Shown: in pieces, positions 13,801 through 26,590 of the stretch
Position numbering within the stretch: position 1 is the stretch's first letter
Layout: the number at the start of each line of letters is the position of its first letter
NCBI GenBank assembly: GCA_030704615.1
Contig: CM060733.1
Coordinates: forward strand, 25,978,001 to 26,042,000
Source of the DNA: Takakia lepidozioides
Taxonomy: Eukaryota; Plantae; Bryophyta
Reading direction: 5' to 3'
DNA length: 64,000 nt
Translations under genes and position numbers: made by a program
The notes under the pieces: generated by a model
The model's input: only the letters and a program-made list of their open reading frames with translations
Told to the model about the DNA's origin: nothing
Databases searched by the model: none

Positions 13801-15060
13801 TGTTTCATGACAGTTTGACTATGCTTGAGGTTCAGGCCTCTAGTTTACTGTCAGCTCCTTCAATTGGGGCGCGTTATATGTTTTTAGAGCTCTAGTTGAA
13901 TTATCTACATGTGGGTCTTGTAATTAGGGAGATCCATTGTAAAATGAAAAGGCTATGACCCAAAACTTCAGCCTCTTCAATTGCAGATGTTTTTTTCATG
14001 TCAATTTGATTATGCTTCAGGTTCACGTCTCTAGTTTGGGGTCAGCTCCTTCAATTGGGGTGTGTGATGTGTTATTAGAGTGATACATTAATTATCTATC
14101 TATGTAATCAGGGAGATCCATTGTGAAATGAAAAATGCTATGACCCAAAACCTGAGCCCCTTCAACTGCAGATGCTTTCTCATGACAGTTTGACTATGCT
14201 TCGGGTTCAGGCATATAGTTTTAAGGAGTGCGTGATGTCTTATACATTAATGATTTACTTGTGGATCTTGTAGAAATCAATTGTGAAATGAAAATGCTAT
14301 GATCCAAAATCTGAGTCCTTTCCATTTCCGTGTGATCTCATATTTGGTGAGATTAGAACTAAAACTTGCTTTGTAACTCACGGTTTAGATTTTTCTACAT
14401 GGGATCTGCTGGAGAGGAATGTAAGAGGATTTTCGAATGCTTTGAGCAATCTCAAGCTTCAATTCAACCTCCTGCTCCTAAAGCAACAAAGGAAATGAAA
14501 GGGCTTAGGTTTTGGGTCATAGTATTTTCATTTCATAATGGATCTCCCTGATCATAAGACCCACAAATAGATCATTCCACTAGAGTTTTAAAAACATATA
14601 ACGCACCCCAATTGAAGGAGATGACAGTTAAGTAGAGGCCCGACCTCAAATATAGTCAAAATGTCATGAAACAACAAAAGAAGTGGAAAGGGCTCAAGTT
14701 TTGGGTCATAGCATTTTCATTTCAGAATGGATTCCCCTGAATCAAAGGCCACAAATAGATAATTAAACTACAATTCTAACAACATATCACCCACCCCAAT
14801 TGAAGGAGCTGACCCTAAACTACAGGCCTGAACCTTAAGCATAGTCAGACTGTCAAGAAACAACAAAGAAACTAGAAGGGGCTCAGGTTTTGGGTCATAG
14901 CATTTTCATTTCACAATGGATTTTCCTGAATATTCAAAGATCCACAGATAGAAAATTCAACTAGCTTTCTAACAAGATATCACACAGCCCAATTGAAATA
15001 GCGGACAATAAACTGCCATAAAACAACAGAGTTCATTAAAGTGGCTCTTGTTTTGGGCCA
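13801..15060. repeat. Foldback structure: about three ~190-bp direct repeats followed by about three inverted copies
   Basis: The unit (catgacagtttgactatgctt...cagctccttcaattgggg...gatccattgtgaaatgaaaa..ctatgacccaaaac) is repeated at 13801-14320 and appears as its reverse complement at 14500-15060. Confidence 0.85.
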
Positions 15061-15151
15061 TATTATTTGACAGCACACTAGACTAGAATGAACAACAAAT
15101 GAAGTAGCTCTTCACAGCCATATGACATTGTAAGATTGAAGGTGTTGATAG

Positions 15152-15561
15152 CAGGGCCACATTGGACACTAATAGCGTTGGCAGGACCTGTGTCGATTGA
15201 CGGCGGCCGGTTGACGGTGGTGGCTGTTGCGGCCACACTACCTGCGTTTTACGCTGGACATTCCTAGCTGGCACCATTTGGACGGGAGAGATGTGGCATA
15301 GAGTCGACGACTCAAATCCACCCGGGAGGTTCACCACACACGATACTTTTCACTCCCTGTCCTTTTTTGTGGAGTACTTGCATTGGCTGCGCAATGCAAG
15401 GGACGCGCGTTCACCTCCATAACGCAGAGCCCTCTGCGTTAGGAAACCTTGTCGAGCAGACGAGGTGGCGGCAGTGTAGGAACTGCTTGACACCGATGCG
15501 CGCCAAGGTCCCGCGTTATGGGAACCGACGTTGGCGAACGAAAAGAGCCAGTGTGGCCCTG
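15152..15561. mobile_element. MITE-like non-autonomous element (~410 bp, hAT-like CAGGG termini)
   Basis: 14-bp TIR CAGGGCCACATTGG / CCAGTGTGGCCCTG (1 mismatch) around a GC-rich island. No clean TSD. Confidence 0.55.
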
Positions 15562-16367
15562 GTATGACAAAGAGAAGCATGTGCAAATGCCATACAAGGT
15601 CAATTTGGCAAATATGCAAGAGAATATAAATCACCTCATAGTTTAAGGTATGTGTTTGACATCACCATGATGAATAAAAACACTAGAGATACGAGATTTC
15701 AGTATCTTTCCAACAACATATCACTCACCTACATTAAATGAGTTGATAATAAACTGAAGTCCACAAACTGAACCATAGTGTTGGAATGAAAACGGAAGGG
15801 AACTTGTTGCGCTCAAATCTGGGCTACAAAGCTAGCATATCACCTGGAATTTGAAACAACTCACAATGGTTGAAAATCACAATGTACCTTCACAAGATCT
15901 GTTTAAAGCAGCAGGATCCTCCTTAGTGAATAATTCAATCACTCCTAAAGTTGGTCATTTTATGTAATTTTCATCATCTTCTGGTCACATGTTTTTTATA
16001 TATGTTGTTTTTCATATAACCACGGAGGAGTACTCATAATAGAAATCAAATTGATTTTGACATTTTTTTTCCTAATAAAAGTGAACGACACTTATGCATA
16101 GAACTGAATCCAAGAATAACATATTTATTTATTTATTTAAATTGAATAAAAATTCAATATGAAAACAAATTTAAATGATTTTATTAAGTTTATTGTAGTA
16201 GATGTTTAGTAAATATTGATGTTCCCAGAGAATCCATACCCTGATCACATCCCTAATATGAGTTGAAATCCTAGTTTTCTACAGTTTCACGGGCAGAAGG
16301 GGAGCCCTCCTGTCAATCACAGTTGCTTCAATTTTTTAATATTAGCCTACAAAAAAGTGCCAAACAT

Positions 16368-17223
16368 TGTCACTCCAGAAGTACAGGAGAATTATGACTA
16401 TTCGACATCTCCACTGAGGCAAGGGAGATCTCTCGATCTATGATTAGAACATAGTAAGATAGAAAGACATCCCGTTGAGATACGTCCCAAAATGTCCAAA
16501 GTAATTTATTAGAGCATCATCAAACCAAATTTGTACAGCCATTGAGGTCCATGGCTATGGGCACTAATCAACCATCACCATCCCATAGGACCCAAAACCA
16601 TAGTCTTCGACGCAAACCAATCCTGAACATAGTCTCTATAGAAGCCAATTCATTCGAACAGTTCGGCTCCAATGCATCAGCCCTTCGACAGGACTGTCTT
16701 TCTCTGTCTATCATCGTCCTCGAGTCTCAGACCGGTTCCTCAAGAGCGTCATCCATAAAATAAGAACCACCTAGCGGATTCCAAGGTCACAAGCAAGGCC
16801 GTGAACCGATTATTCTTCATTCATGTAAGTCATAGCTCCACGCACAAAACACATGCGGACCAGGACAGACGGGAGGTCTCGCCTCCCAATTAGCGATACA
16901 CATCAGGAATAGTCAAATTAAATTGAGGGGTAAACATACACAAGTTACAACAACCCACCAAAGCCATAAGAGAATGACAGGTCTGACAGGAACAAGCACG
17001 AATAGAAAGGCAAAGAGGACGGGAGGTCTCTCGTCCTTACTCGTGCTCTCGAGTCTAAAAGAGTCTGACGGGTGTGATGACGAAACCAAAACATGCACAT
17101 AGTCAGGTAGGGGAGATCTCCCGTGGTGATACCTCTCATATCGACATGAGTAATGAATTCCAAAACCGAACAAAGAGTACACAGAGAACACGGAGCACAG
17201 CCATGATATCCATCGCTCTGACA
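16368..17223. mobile_element. Solo-LTR-like sequence
   Basis: TGTCA...TGACA termini and repeated variants of the hairpin GGACGGGAG-GT-CTCCCGTCC. The TGTCACTC start and the motif recur at 21681-21921. No TSD. Confidence 0.5.
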
Positions 17224-17758
17224 TGAAATGAATAAACCCTTGGCAGGAGGTCAAGCTGAAATAGTATCTGTTCTTGTGATTGCAAATTAAACTATTAGCA
17301 ACTTAAAGCTCTATGGTCTTTTCAAGTGCAACTTTGTCATGCTGGTGATTGGCAAGTCCCAAAACCAGACAGGCAAAATGCATGTGCTGAATTACCTACT
17401 GTTATTGATTTAACAGCCCTAGGTTTCTGAGAACTTGTAACATTATAGAACATAGCAATCGTCCCCTTGCTGCACAAGACAACATGATTACATGACCCCT
17501 GCCAAAACGGTCCAACTGCTGTTGTATACTAAACTGGCATGGTCAATGCCTGAAGAAGATTTGAAAATTTTATGTTCTGCCTCTAGTCACCACCAATTGG
17601 ATGCAGAGTAGTAGCATTGAGTAGAGCTCTAAAAGGCGTGGTATGGTGGAAGTGGCTCTCTACACAGTCCAAAGTCTACCTTGTCTAAGGCTGAATGTTA
17701 AAATCAACATTCTCCCAGTCACTATAACATTCATCATTCCAATATTTATCCTTGGCAG

Positions 17759-18264
17759 GTAGCAGATGCAGATCTTGTCCCCGTGAGTTCACTTGCACTC
17801 ACTGTATCGGAAGTGGTCCCAACAAGAGTGCTTTTGGCGGTTGGAAAAGGGTCAGGGAAAATTGCTGCGTGGGAATTTGACATGTCATGGTACTGTTGCC
17901 AAATGGCGAGCCACCTGCAGGCACATGATCGAGTGGTAAGAATCTACTGTCCATCGAGTGTGGTTAAGTTGACCGTAGTCTCTAGAGTCTGATCATCCTA
18001 GGTGAGATGATGAACCCTGTTATATTAGGAGATCCCTTTCTGACATCATACTGGACGAAATCAATTAGCAGTCAGAAAGCCAATACAGTGTCCATTGCCT
18101 GCACTCATTTCTGAGGAAATTTATCCATTAAAGTATGCTCCTGATGTAAATACTTTTATCTTCCATAAAACAAGCAGCACTCATCTGGGCTCATGGTTAT
18201 GGTGGTAGGTGATAGGACGGATATGGATGCATGATGGGCGACAACGCCTCATAATAGACATGTA
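17759..18264 (+). pseudogene. WD40-repeat gene fragment (resembles plant At3g49400 / TFIIIC-subunit-4-like protein); intact exon 17759-17935 and degenerate exon from 18209
   Basis: An AG/GT-bounded 177-nt exon encodes VADADLVPVSSLAL...LLAVGKGSGKIAAWEF...AHDRV. The next exon reads VIGRIWMHDGR (compare VTGLAWxxDGR) and then stops. No start or end of the gene is in the window. Confidence 0.6.
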
Positions 18265-18822
18265 GACACATAACTTTGCTTGCAACCCTTCTAGTAAGAA
18301 GGTGTGCTGCCAGGCATTGTTGCCAATTACTTCCTGGAATAAACTCTGGCTTTCCTCAGTCAATGATACTGCAGGTTCTAGAGAAAGATAAAGGTCTAGA
18401 GAAAGGTATCGATCATTGTTATGAACCTACTCAGGTTTCATGTACAGAGTGTCTAACTTCTGAGGGCAGGAACACAAACTTGCTTTTTTATCTCAGCCAC
18501 CAACATTTGCAAGGATGTCGTCTGAAAATGAAAGAGAATGAGAAAAAATGGAGGAAAAATGGAGTCGACCTACCATCACCCATTCACAAATCTCCAAAGC
18601 CTCCCTGCCATACCCAGTACATAAACAGAGTACACATTAGTTCCCCACTAATTCTGAATTTCATCTTCATGCTCAAGCAACACGGTCCCTCTTTCAAACT
18701 TCAGACCCTTGATTTCAGATTTGGAGAATGTGTTTGTGTGAAAGGTCATCATGCTCTCATATGGCCACAAAAGAATCCATGAAATGTAAAAAAAAAAAGA
18801 ATCCTCGAAAGCACTAACCTTA

Positions 18823-20177
18823 TCATGCGTGTAAAATGTGACGACAAACAATCTCTCGTAGCTCAGCACCTATATTCAGGCCCCTGTCAACAGCTGGCTC
18901 TTGATCATGAGCTAGGTGATCTCGCTCCCTGATTGCTTCAAGCGCATCCATCTCGTTGAATACATCCTCAAAATCCACTTCTTTGAAGTCCACAAGTATG
19001 TTGTAAAGGATGCAACATGCATGGACCACCTGTGGTAGAAATGTAATATCAAGGCCACTTCTCCAACCCACTTCTTTGAAGATACCTTTGAGCCGTCCAA
19101 ATGCAATCTCAGCATAAATCCTCGTTTTTGACAACTGATGGTTGAACACAGTCTTGGCTCTAGAGAGTGCTGGAGCATTGGCAGCTCTTTTGTAGCTAGG
19201 GATCAGCCAAGGAAGGCAGGGATATATGGCATCCCCGAGAAGGATAGGTGGGATAGTGTGGCCATTGTCCAAAATAACACTTTCTCCCCGCAATATAGTT
19301 CCTTGAGAAGCCGGATAGAAGAGTGGGGAGTTGCGCAACACTCTCGAGTCATTCATACTTCCCAGCTCCCCAACATAAATATCTACAAATTTGCACCAGG
19401 ATTGACAACACCCTGCAACACCATTGAGTAGTATCCAAGTCTATTGCGATAGTCGAGTTTGATATTGTTTGCAGGGGCTTGAATCCTGATTTGCGTACAA
19501 TCGATTACACCCACTACATTTGGAATTCCAGATCTACGTTCGTTTTCGAGCATGGATGTCTTTAGGGTATCACCAGCCTCCCATCGAAGGTGGTGACCTA
19601 ACACAGACACAATAGCAGGTACAACTTGACGTAAGAGCTCATATAGTGTCGTTGCACCAATTCCAAATGCTTCTGTCATTTCAGCAGTAGTTGCTGCCCA
19701 TATCAATTTGTACAATACAGCCCCGACCCGCATGGGAACAGATAAGCATTTGCGATAGTTAGTGTCTTGCAGAGATATCGAAGGAGCAAGAGCATTGCAT
19801 AGCCAGTTGAAGGTACCTGAACTCATTTTCATGATCATGAGCCATCGAACATCGTCATACTCCAATAGAAATTCCTGAAACCATGCTCGAGACCTATGCT
19901 TCACCCACATCCCAGATGAAATACAACCTCTAGGTTTGCAAAACTTGATAATGAAAAGTGTGTCAAGCGTCGAATGCCATTGTTGGATGCATTGGTCAAG
20001 GGAATCATCTTCGTCCACGTCCATTCCATGGACTTGGGAAAGTGACACATCCACATGCAAACTTGGTGTCTTGGACCCTAACCCAAAGAGCTCTGGAAAC
20101 TGATCCATCATGTATTGCATGAGGACAAGAATCTCAGCAAATGCTAAGAAGACATCTTTGTCCATCATGGGTTCCAT
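18823..20177 (-). pseudogene. PIF/Harbinger DDE transposase (DDE_Tnp_4/HARBI1-like), one frameshift near 19385
   Basis: Motifs VVGVIDCTQI, YYSMVLQGVV / FVDIYVGELGSMNDSRVLRNS, LLGDAIYPCLPWLI, FNHQLSKTRIYAEIAFGRLKG, ACCILYN. Confidence 0.92.
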
Positions 20178-21179
20178 CCTGTGAGTTAGGCCCCCACCTC
20201 TTGCTTGGAAAATAGAATATTATGACAGCCTTCTCGTCCCAAAATGTTCAACAGTTGCTCTCCAAATTCTTGTTTCCCAACACATTCCCGGTACCAACCC
20301 CATTTAAGTCTTCTAGTAAAAGAAGCCTGAGATGATGATTGACCCTTCACTCAGAGCTGCTTGATGGTAAATGCCATCAAATCTAAACTATTTGACCATG
20401 GATAGAGAAGTGGCTCAGGTTGGACTAATTAACCAACCCTCATATCCGAGCTTATCCATAACACTTGGGTAGACTGGAATCAGCGTGCTCCAATTGATTT
20501 CAAGAAGAAATGATCCAAACATGTAAGGTACACCAAGATCATTGACTCTGATTTCAATGGTATCTTTACCTGGTTTGGCATTCAAGAAGCAAACTTTTCA
20601 GATACGACATGGAGATTCCTTGCAAACAGAATCCTCCTACCAATTATGTAGTCCTGAAGGTGCTGTGCCTATGGCATTGGATTATACTTCATGCGTGCAG
20701 TGTATTTACCTGGGTAGGAACAAACAGCTGACGAGGGTTGATTTCAAACTTCTGACCCAAAGTCATGTCTTCAACATCTTGGCAGCTCACTCCATCAACG
20801 GCGAAGCTAAGCGGACGCTCCACGCACTGGTTCATCACAAAAATCAAGTTCAGAATCTGTGACACCTATCCTGAGTTGTTGAAATACCAAACTAACTCAT
20901 TCCTGCATTCAGAGTTCCAATAATCCGAATCAAGGCTTTGTGTCTGTGCATGTCCTAGAATGTATTGCTGGTCGAAATGTGCAATGGGGCTGTGCTGCCT
21001 ATGGCCACAATATACAGAGTCTACATCTCATGTTGTAAGTTTTGGGACTTCGGGAGCCCTGCATAAAAGCACTGGGATTACAAACACCATTGCCAACAAG
21101 TCTGCGCACCAAGGGTGTAGACCTGCGCCACCCACCATAGCATTATATTTATACATTGCAACTGACCAGGAGAGCAAAG

Positions 21180-21643
21180 ATCGAAAAGAGATCAAGGAAC
21201 TTCCGAGATTAAGTCAGAACCTTGTCTCTTGCAATTGGCAAAATGATACAACTGAAGTCGAAGCGACGAAGTGGCCTCTCTGACCCTTCCAACCCAAGTG
21301 ACTCCTCAGCTCGAGCTACCAAAAACCTGATCCAGCAGTGCTTGAAAGCCTCGAGTAATGTGCAACATCGTGCTCCTGGCCCAAATGTGCTCCTGGCTCG
21401 TGATCTTGTCTCGTCGTTGCTCCTTTGGCTATGGCGAAAAGGAAGGAGGCGTGAGAAAATGGCGAGAGGAAGTCGGGCAGGGGCAGGCGAATGCATGTTT
21501 AAAACTAACAATATGCACTTAAAACATGTTAAGCTAAAATGTTGGTGCGGCAGGGATATTGTTAGTTGCAGCAGCTGTTACGAAAACGGGGCTGCTAACC
21601 GTTAGCAAGTGTTCCACGCTAACAGCGCGGTGCGGCAGGGGCC
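21180..21643 (-). mobile_element. PIF/Harbinger element B: degenerate Myb/SANT-like ORF and terminus
   Basis: Terminus GGTGCGGCAGGGGCC|TTA, with the motif repeated ~88 bp inside. Frameshifted W..ST..TLLEAFKHCW...RDKV...RKF pattern lies upstream of the transposase. Confidence 0.55.
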
Positions 21644-21680
21644 TTAGAATGATTAACTTTCTTTGATCTCCAGAGGAGGC

Positions 21681-21921
21681 TGTCACTCGGTTCCAGCGCA
21701 AGAGATTTGCTGCCGCGCTCGCTCAAAAATGGTCATGACGCATCTGTCAAAATTCGACGGTTAGCTTTGGATGTGACCATCGGCAGCTATATTACTCATG
21801 TGTAGTAAAGTAGGAGATGAATCTAGAATTTATGGCGACTTAAACAAAACCGAGTCTGTGCTTAGGGATATAAGTCAAAATGTTGTAAGTGGGAAGGAAG
21901 GGACGGGAGGTCTCCCGTCCA
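21681..21921. mobile_element. Truncated LTR-like fragment related to 16368-17223
   Basis: TGTCACTC start and a perfect GGACGGGAG-GT-CTCCCGTCC hairpin at 21901-21920, abutting the cut end of the extra ORF. Confidence 0.4.
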
Positions 21922-23206
21922 AATACCTCTTTGTCAATTTCGGCGGCGGTCACCCAATGATCCCCACTGGAATAACTCAGAGATCGTGATTGTATCTTCT
22001 GCTGCTCAATGTGATAACGTGCCATGAAACAAGCAACATAATATACTCCACAGCCCATGACAATACTAGATACCTCTTTGGTCTTGGTATAGATGTACCC
22101 ATGTACAACCTGAAAGGCAATTAATTCCTTGAGCATGGTGCTTGCCTCAGATCAGTACCTTGCAAAGTGATAATCCTCAATGGGTCGATTGTTCGGAAGA
22201 ACCTTAGTCCGAGTTGCCACTGGCAACCAAATGCGCATGATCTGGTAGTAATGTGCCAACGACTGCGGAGGACTAAATTCCTTCCAAGCCAAATCCAGCA
22301 CAAGGAGAATTTGGTTGAAGGACATAATCATAGTCCGACTGTACTCCCGTGCAGCATGAGTCCTAGGTGGGTTAAAAGCAGCATCCCCCCATACCTCAGG
22401 CTGTGGTTTTGCTGTAGTAGCAACAGGGTCAGCTACCTGCACAGGCACCTGTTGTGGTATTGGCACCACTGGCCCTTCTACCACTGGCATCTCCTGCACC
22501 CCCTGCGAAGAAGACTGAAAAATTAAAGTCCTGGCATGCAAATAAGTAGCCATCAGCTGCTCCTCAGGAACAAAGACTCTCTTGTCAATATTTGAACTCA
22601 GGTCATCCACTTGAGTCTGCAGGCCTTCCACATCCTCATGTAGCTCCGCTATCCTACTATAGACATTGTCTATAGTAATTGTGGCAATGTTCTGCACCTG
22701 CAATCTGAGCTCATTCATCTCGCCCTGGGTGAGCTTCCTTGGTGCTTTGTCTTCTACCGGCCCTTGTGCTAATCATACCTGCATAAGGTGATTATCCTCC
22801 AAGTCATGTGTGGCACCCCTGAGAGTCTGCTCCTCCTTGAGTCTGTACACATCTAATTGCTGCTATAAAGCCTCCATGTACTTCGCATGGGTTCAACCAG
22901 GCCCGCATAGGCAGCAGCCAGATTATTGGCTTCCTTCCAAGCCTTGTTAGCCACAGAGAGTTCATTTCTATTGACCATGAGTGTTTGCTGCAACTCCAGG
23001 ATGTACCTCTCCTGGTCAGTCTCAACCTGACTGTACTGTTGGAAAGTATTCTCATTGCGACAGATTGTAGCCTTCAAATCAACAATGAGTTTCCCTTGCT
23101 CTATTATCTCAGCTTCTGCCATCATACATCTCTCCCCTTGTCTGTTAACTTCTAATGCAGTTTGCTCCAGAGCAGTTGTTAGTGTGGCACACTGTATGGT
23201 CATTCT
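21922..23206 (-). pseudogene. Extra 3' ORF of the Gypsy element, C-terminal piece (coiled-coil; frameshifted)
   Basis: Heptad-rich RMTIQCATLTTALEQTALEVNRQ...LELQQTL and RIAELHEDVEGLQTQVDDL. It continues in frame from 37183 once the inversion is undone. Confidence 0.7.
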
Positions 23207-25263
23207 CGTGCATAAATTGGAGTTATGTTTGGCCAGATGCAGGATGAGAGGTCTGGGTCTGAATCCAGAGAAGTGTACTTTCTGTGTGAACTCAAGGGTA
23301 CTTTTAGGACACATAGTGTGTAAGAGGGGACTTCTTGTGGATCCCAGAAAGACAGAGGCCATTAAAGCCTCTCCACCACCAGTAAATGTTAAGAGTCTAA
23401 GGAGATTCCTTGGACAAACCAGTTATTACAGAAGTTTTGTCAGACGGTATGCACAGATAGCAGCACCATTGAGCAAGCTTTTGAAGAAAGATGCAGTGTT
23501 TGCATGGACAGTTGAATGTCAACAGGCTTTTGAGGAACTTACCTTGTCAGTAACAACTACAACTGTGTTGATTAACCCTCACTGGCATGTAGTATTTCAT
23601 GTTCACTGTGATGCCTCAGGAGAAGCGTTGGGAGCAGTGTTAGCCCAAAATGTTACAGGAAACATAGATTCACCTGTGTACTATGCTTAGCAGGTTGATG
23701 AACAGTGCTGAAAAGAACTATAGCACAACTGAAAGATAAGCATTGGCAATGATTTATGCAGTCAAGAAATTCAGGCATTACCTATTGGGAAGGAAGTTTA
23801 TGTTTTATGTGGATCATCAGGCTTTGATATATCTGGTGAACAAACCTTTGATAAGTGAACGGATAGCAAGGTGGTTAATAATCTTGCACGAGTTTGAGTT
23901 CAAAGTTGTTTACAAGCCTGGCCGTTTGCATCTTGTGGCAGATCACTTGTCACGCCTATCAACAGGAGAGCCTGCCACAGGAGTAGACGACCAACTACCT
24001 GATGCGAGTTTATTTGCAGTAGAGGTGCAGGGAAGTGCAGATGACTAGTTAGATTGGCAGTGGTCAATCAGATACTACCTTACTCATGGTCAATGCCCAC
24101 CTAGTTATGGGAAGGAGCAGAGGAAGTGAATCGCTATCAAGGCTTTACCTTACACTATGGTAGGGGACATAATGTATAAGCTAGGACCTAATGGAGTACT
24201 TAAACGATGCTTATACCACCATAAAGTAAATAAAGTTTTGGAGGAAGTTCATAAAGGAGTGGCTGGAGGACATTTTGGAGAAGAGACTACCAGTAGAAAG
24301 ATCCTACTTACAGGGTACTGGTGGCCTACTTTGTTCAAGGATGTACACAAGTATTGTAAGAGTTGTGATGAGTGTCAAAGGCTAGGACCATTGCAGAGAT
24401 CTGGAAAGATGGTTTTGCATCCTACGATGCCTACTGAACCATTTCAGAAATGGGGACTAGACTTTGTTGGACCAATTAACCCACTAGCCAGAAATACACA
24501 AAACAAGTACATAATCACAGCCACTGATTATACTACAAAGTGGGTGGAAGCTAAAGCTCTGAGGGACAACACATCTAAGTCCACAGCAAGGTTCATGTAT
24601 GAGAACATACTTACAAGATTTGGCTGCCCCCTGGAATTTATCAGTGACCAGGGAAGTCACTTCATTAATGAGACCATAGAATTATTGACTAAAGAATTCA
24701 TGATTGTGCATAGAAAAAGTACAACCTATTACCCACAGGGTAATGGGCAGGCAGAAGCCACCAACAAAATACTATGTATTATCTTGGCTAAAATAGTCAA
24801 TGCGAACAGAACAGATTGGGATACAAAGCTGCTGACAGCTTTGTGGTCATACAGGACTTCATATAAAGTCACCACTAAGTATACACCATTTCAATTAGTT
24901 TATGGTATGGAAGCTTTATTTCCAGTGGAATTCTTGTTACCTACTATGAGAACTGAATGGGGAAGGAGAATGGAATTGGAAGATTTAATTAAAGTCAGGA
25001 AACATGAATTATATCATGTGGAGGAAGTATGTGCTGATGCAGCAGATAACATGACCAGAATTTAGATGAAGAGGAAGGATCAGTTTGATGAAGGTAAATT
25101 AAAGACTTTTAAGATGGGAGATTTGGTACTATGGTCGCAGAAGAAGGGAAAGATTAAAGCTTCTAAGCTTAAATCACCAGGCAGAAGATGTATGATAATA
25201 ACATTGTCATGTTACAAACAATTAACAAAGAAATGCTGGGGAGAGTCAATGCCAATAAGTTGA
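23207..25263 (+). pseudogene. Gypsy pol C-terminal part: RT end, RNase H, integrase (frameshift and stops)
   Basis: LNPEKC..LLGHIV, HCDASGEALGAVL, AVKKFRHYLLG..DHQAL, HHCC zinc finger (H..GGHFG..CDECQ), WGLDFVGP, ISDQGSHF, PQGNGQAE. Confidence 0.93.
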
Positions 25264-25422
25264 AGGGATACAGTGGTATCCATGACAAACCATTGCAGCA
25301 CGATTTGCATGTTGAAACACAAAAACAGTCACGGGCGGCACCGGTGATACCAACGGAGTATGGAGCATTTGTCGCTAAGCCGAGCGTGTACGACCAGGGC
25401 GGGAAGTACAGGTGTTTGCATA

Positions 25423-25615
25423 GCTATCACAGTCCATCCCAGTGTGACACAGCCTATCACAACCCATCACAGTGTGACACATCCTATCACAGCCCAACAC
25501 AGTGTGACACAACTTACCACAGTCCACCACAGGGTCACACAGCCTATCACAGTTCACCACAGTCAGACACAGCCTGTCACAGCCCAACACAGCCCACGCG
25601 GGTTACACAGTCCAT
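25423..25615 (+). repeat. 30-bp tandem repeat built from 10-bp CACAG-core subunits, downstream of integrase
   Basis: tatcacagtccatcccagtgtgacacagcc-type units, about 6 copies; same core as the LTR minisatellite at 42325-42566. Confidence 0.85.
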
Positions 25616-25956
25616 AGGGTCAGTGACAGGTGGACGCGGGTTAACGTCAGAAAAGGGGCCATCAAGTGAAAGAGAAGTTTGGAAGTCAAACTCGGAGGAT
25701 GTGCCACTGTAGTGTGAATGCAGGGGGTAAAAATTCAAGTTTGGCATCAGGTTTCGGCACTACTACAAAGGGAGTGCCCTTCGTGCTAATAAAGGGGAGG
25801 AATTGTCCATAACTTGAGGTAATTCCATGGAAAAACTATGCTATTGATCTGCCAAGAACAAAATATGGCTAAGTTATGACATGCACCTTTTTCATCCCTA
25901 GGATGAATGATTTTCATCCATGATGTTGAACCCTAGAAGCAGGATGTGAAATTCGA

Positions 25957-26590
25957 AGGGGAAGAGTGCGTGCATCTTTTCGCAGCTGCTGCAGTGGTGT
26001 TGGCAGCACAGGATATCTGAGAAAGTTCCACCTACGCAAAGGGTATCAGCTTGCTTTAAAGAGAAACGTTAAGAGCTCCTGCTTGGCTTTCTATGCAAGA
26101 AGAAGCGGTGTCGCCTTCTTCGTAAGCAATGATCAAACCTGAGGGATCAGGTTTGTGATAAGGGCGGTGCACCACTGCTGTCGCCATTGTCTTGATGAGC
26201 ACATTAATGAGGAGATGGAGTGGCTCAGCAGGTGTTGGGGGATGAGAAGTGCAGGCTGGTGTGTATAGCGCCTTAGGTTGTCTGTGATCAAATCTTGTAG
26301 CTGCTGTCTGTTTTAGAGCTTTAGGACCAGATCATTTTGTAAGGGAAGAGTGTAAGCATCTTTTCGCAGCTGCTGCAGTGGTGTTGGCAGTACAACATAT
26401 CTTAGGAAGTTCCACCTACGCAAAGGGAATCAGCTTGCCTTAAAGAGCGACGTTAAGGGATCTGGCTTGGCATTCTGTGCAAGAGGAAGCGGTGCCGCCT
26501 TCTGGTGTGTATGGCGCTTAAGCTATCTATAATTAAGTTTTGTATCTGCTCTCTGTCTTAAGGGCTGTAGGACCAGATCACTTCATAGGG
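25957..26590 (+). repeat. Imperfect tandem duplication (~380-bp period) in the IN-extra ORF spacer
   Basis: gggaagagtg..catcttttcgcagctgctgcagtggtgttggcag..gttccacctacgcaaaggg occurs at ~25958 and ~26343. Confidence 0.8.

Noticed and set aside
25188-25712. 174-aa ORF with YHSPxQCDT repeats
   Set aside because: Translation of the 30-bp tandem repeat after the integrase tail; no independent coding evidence.
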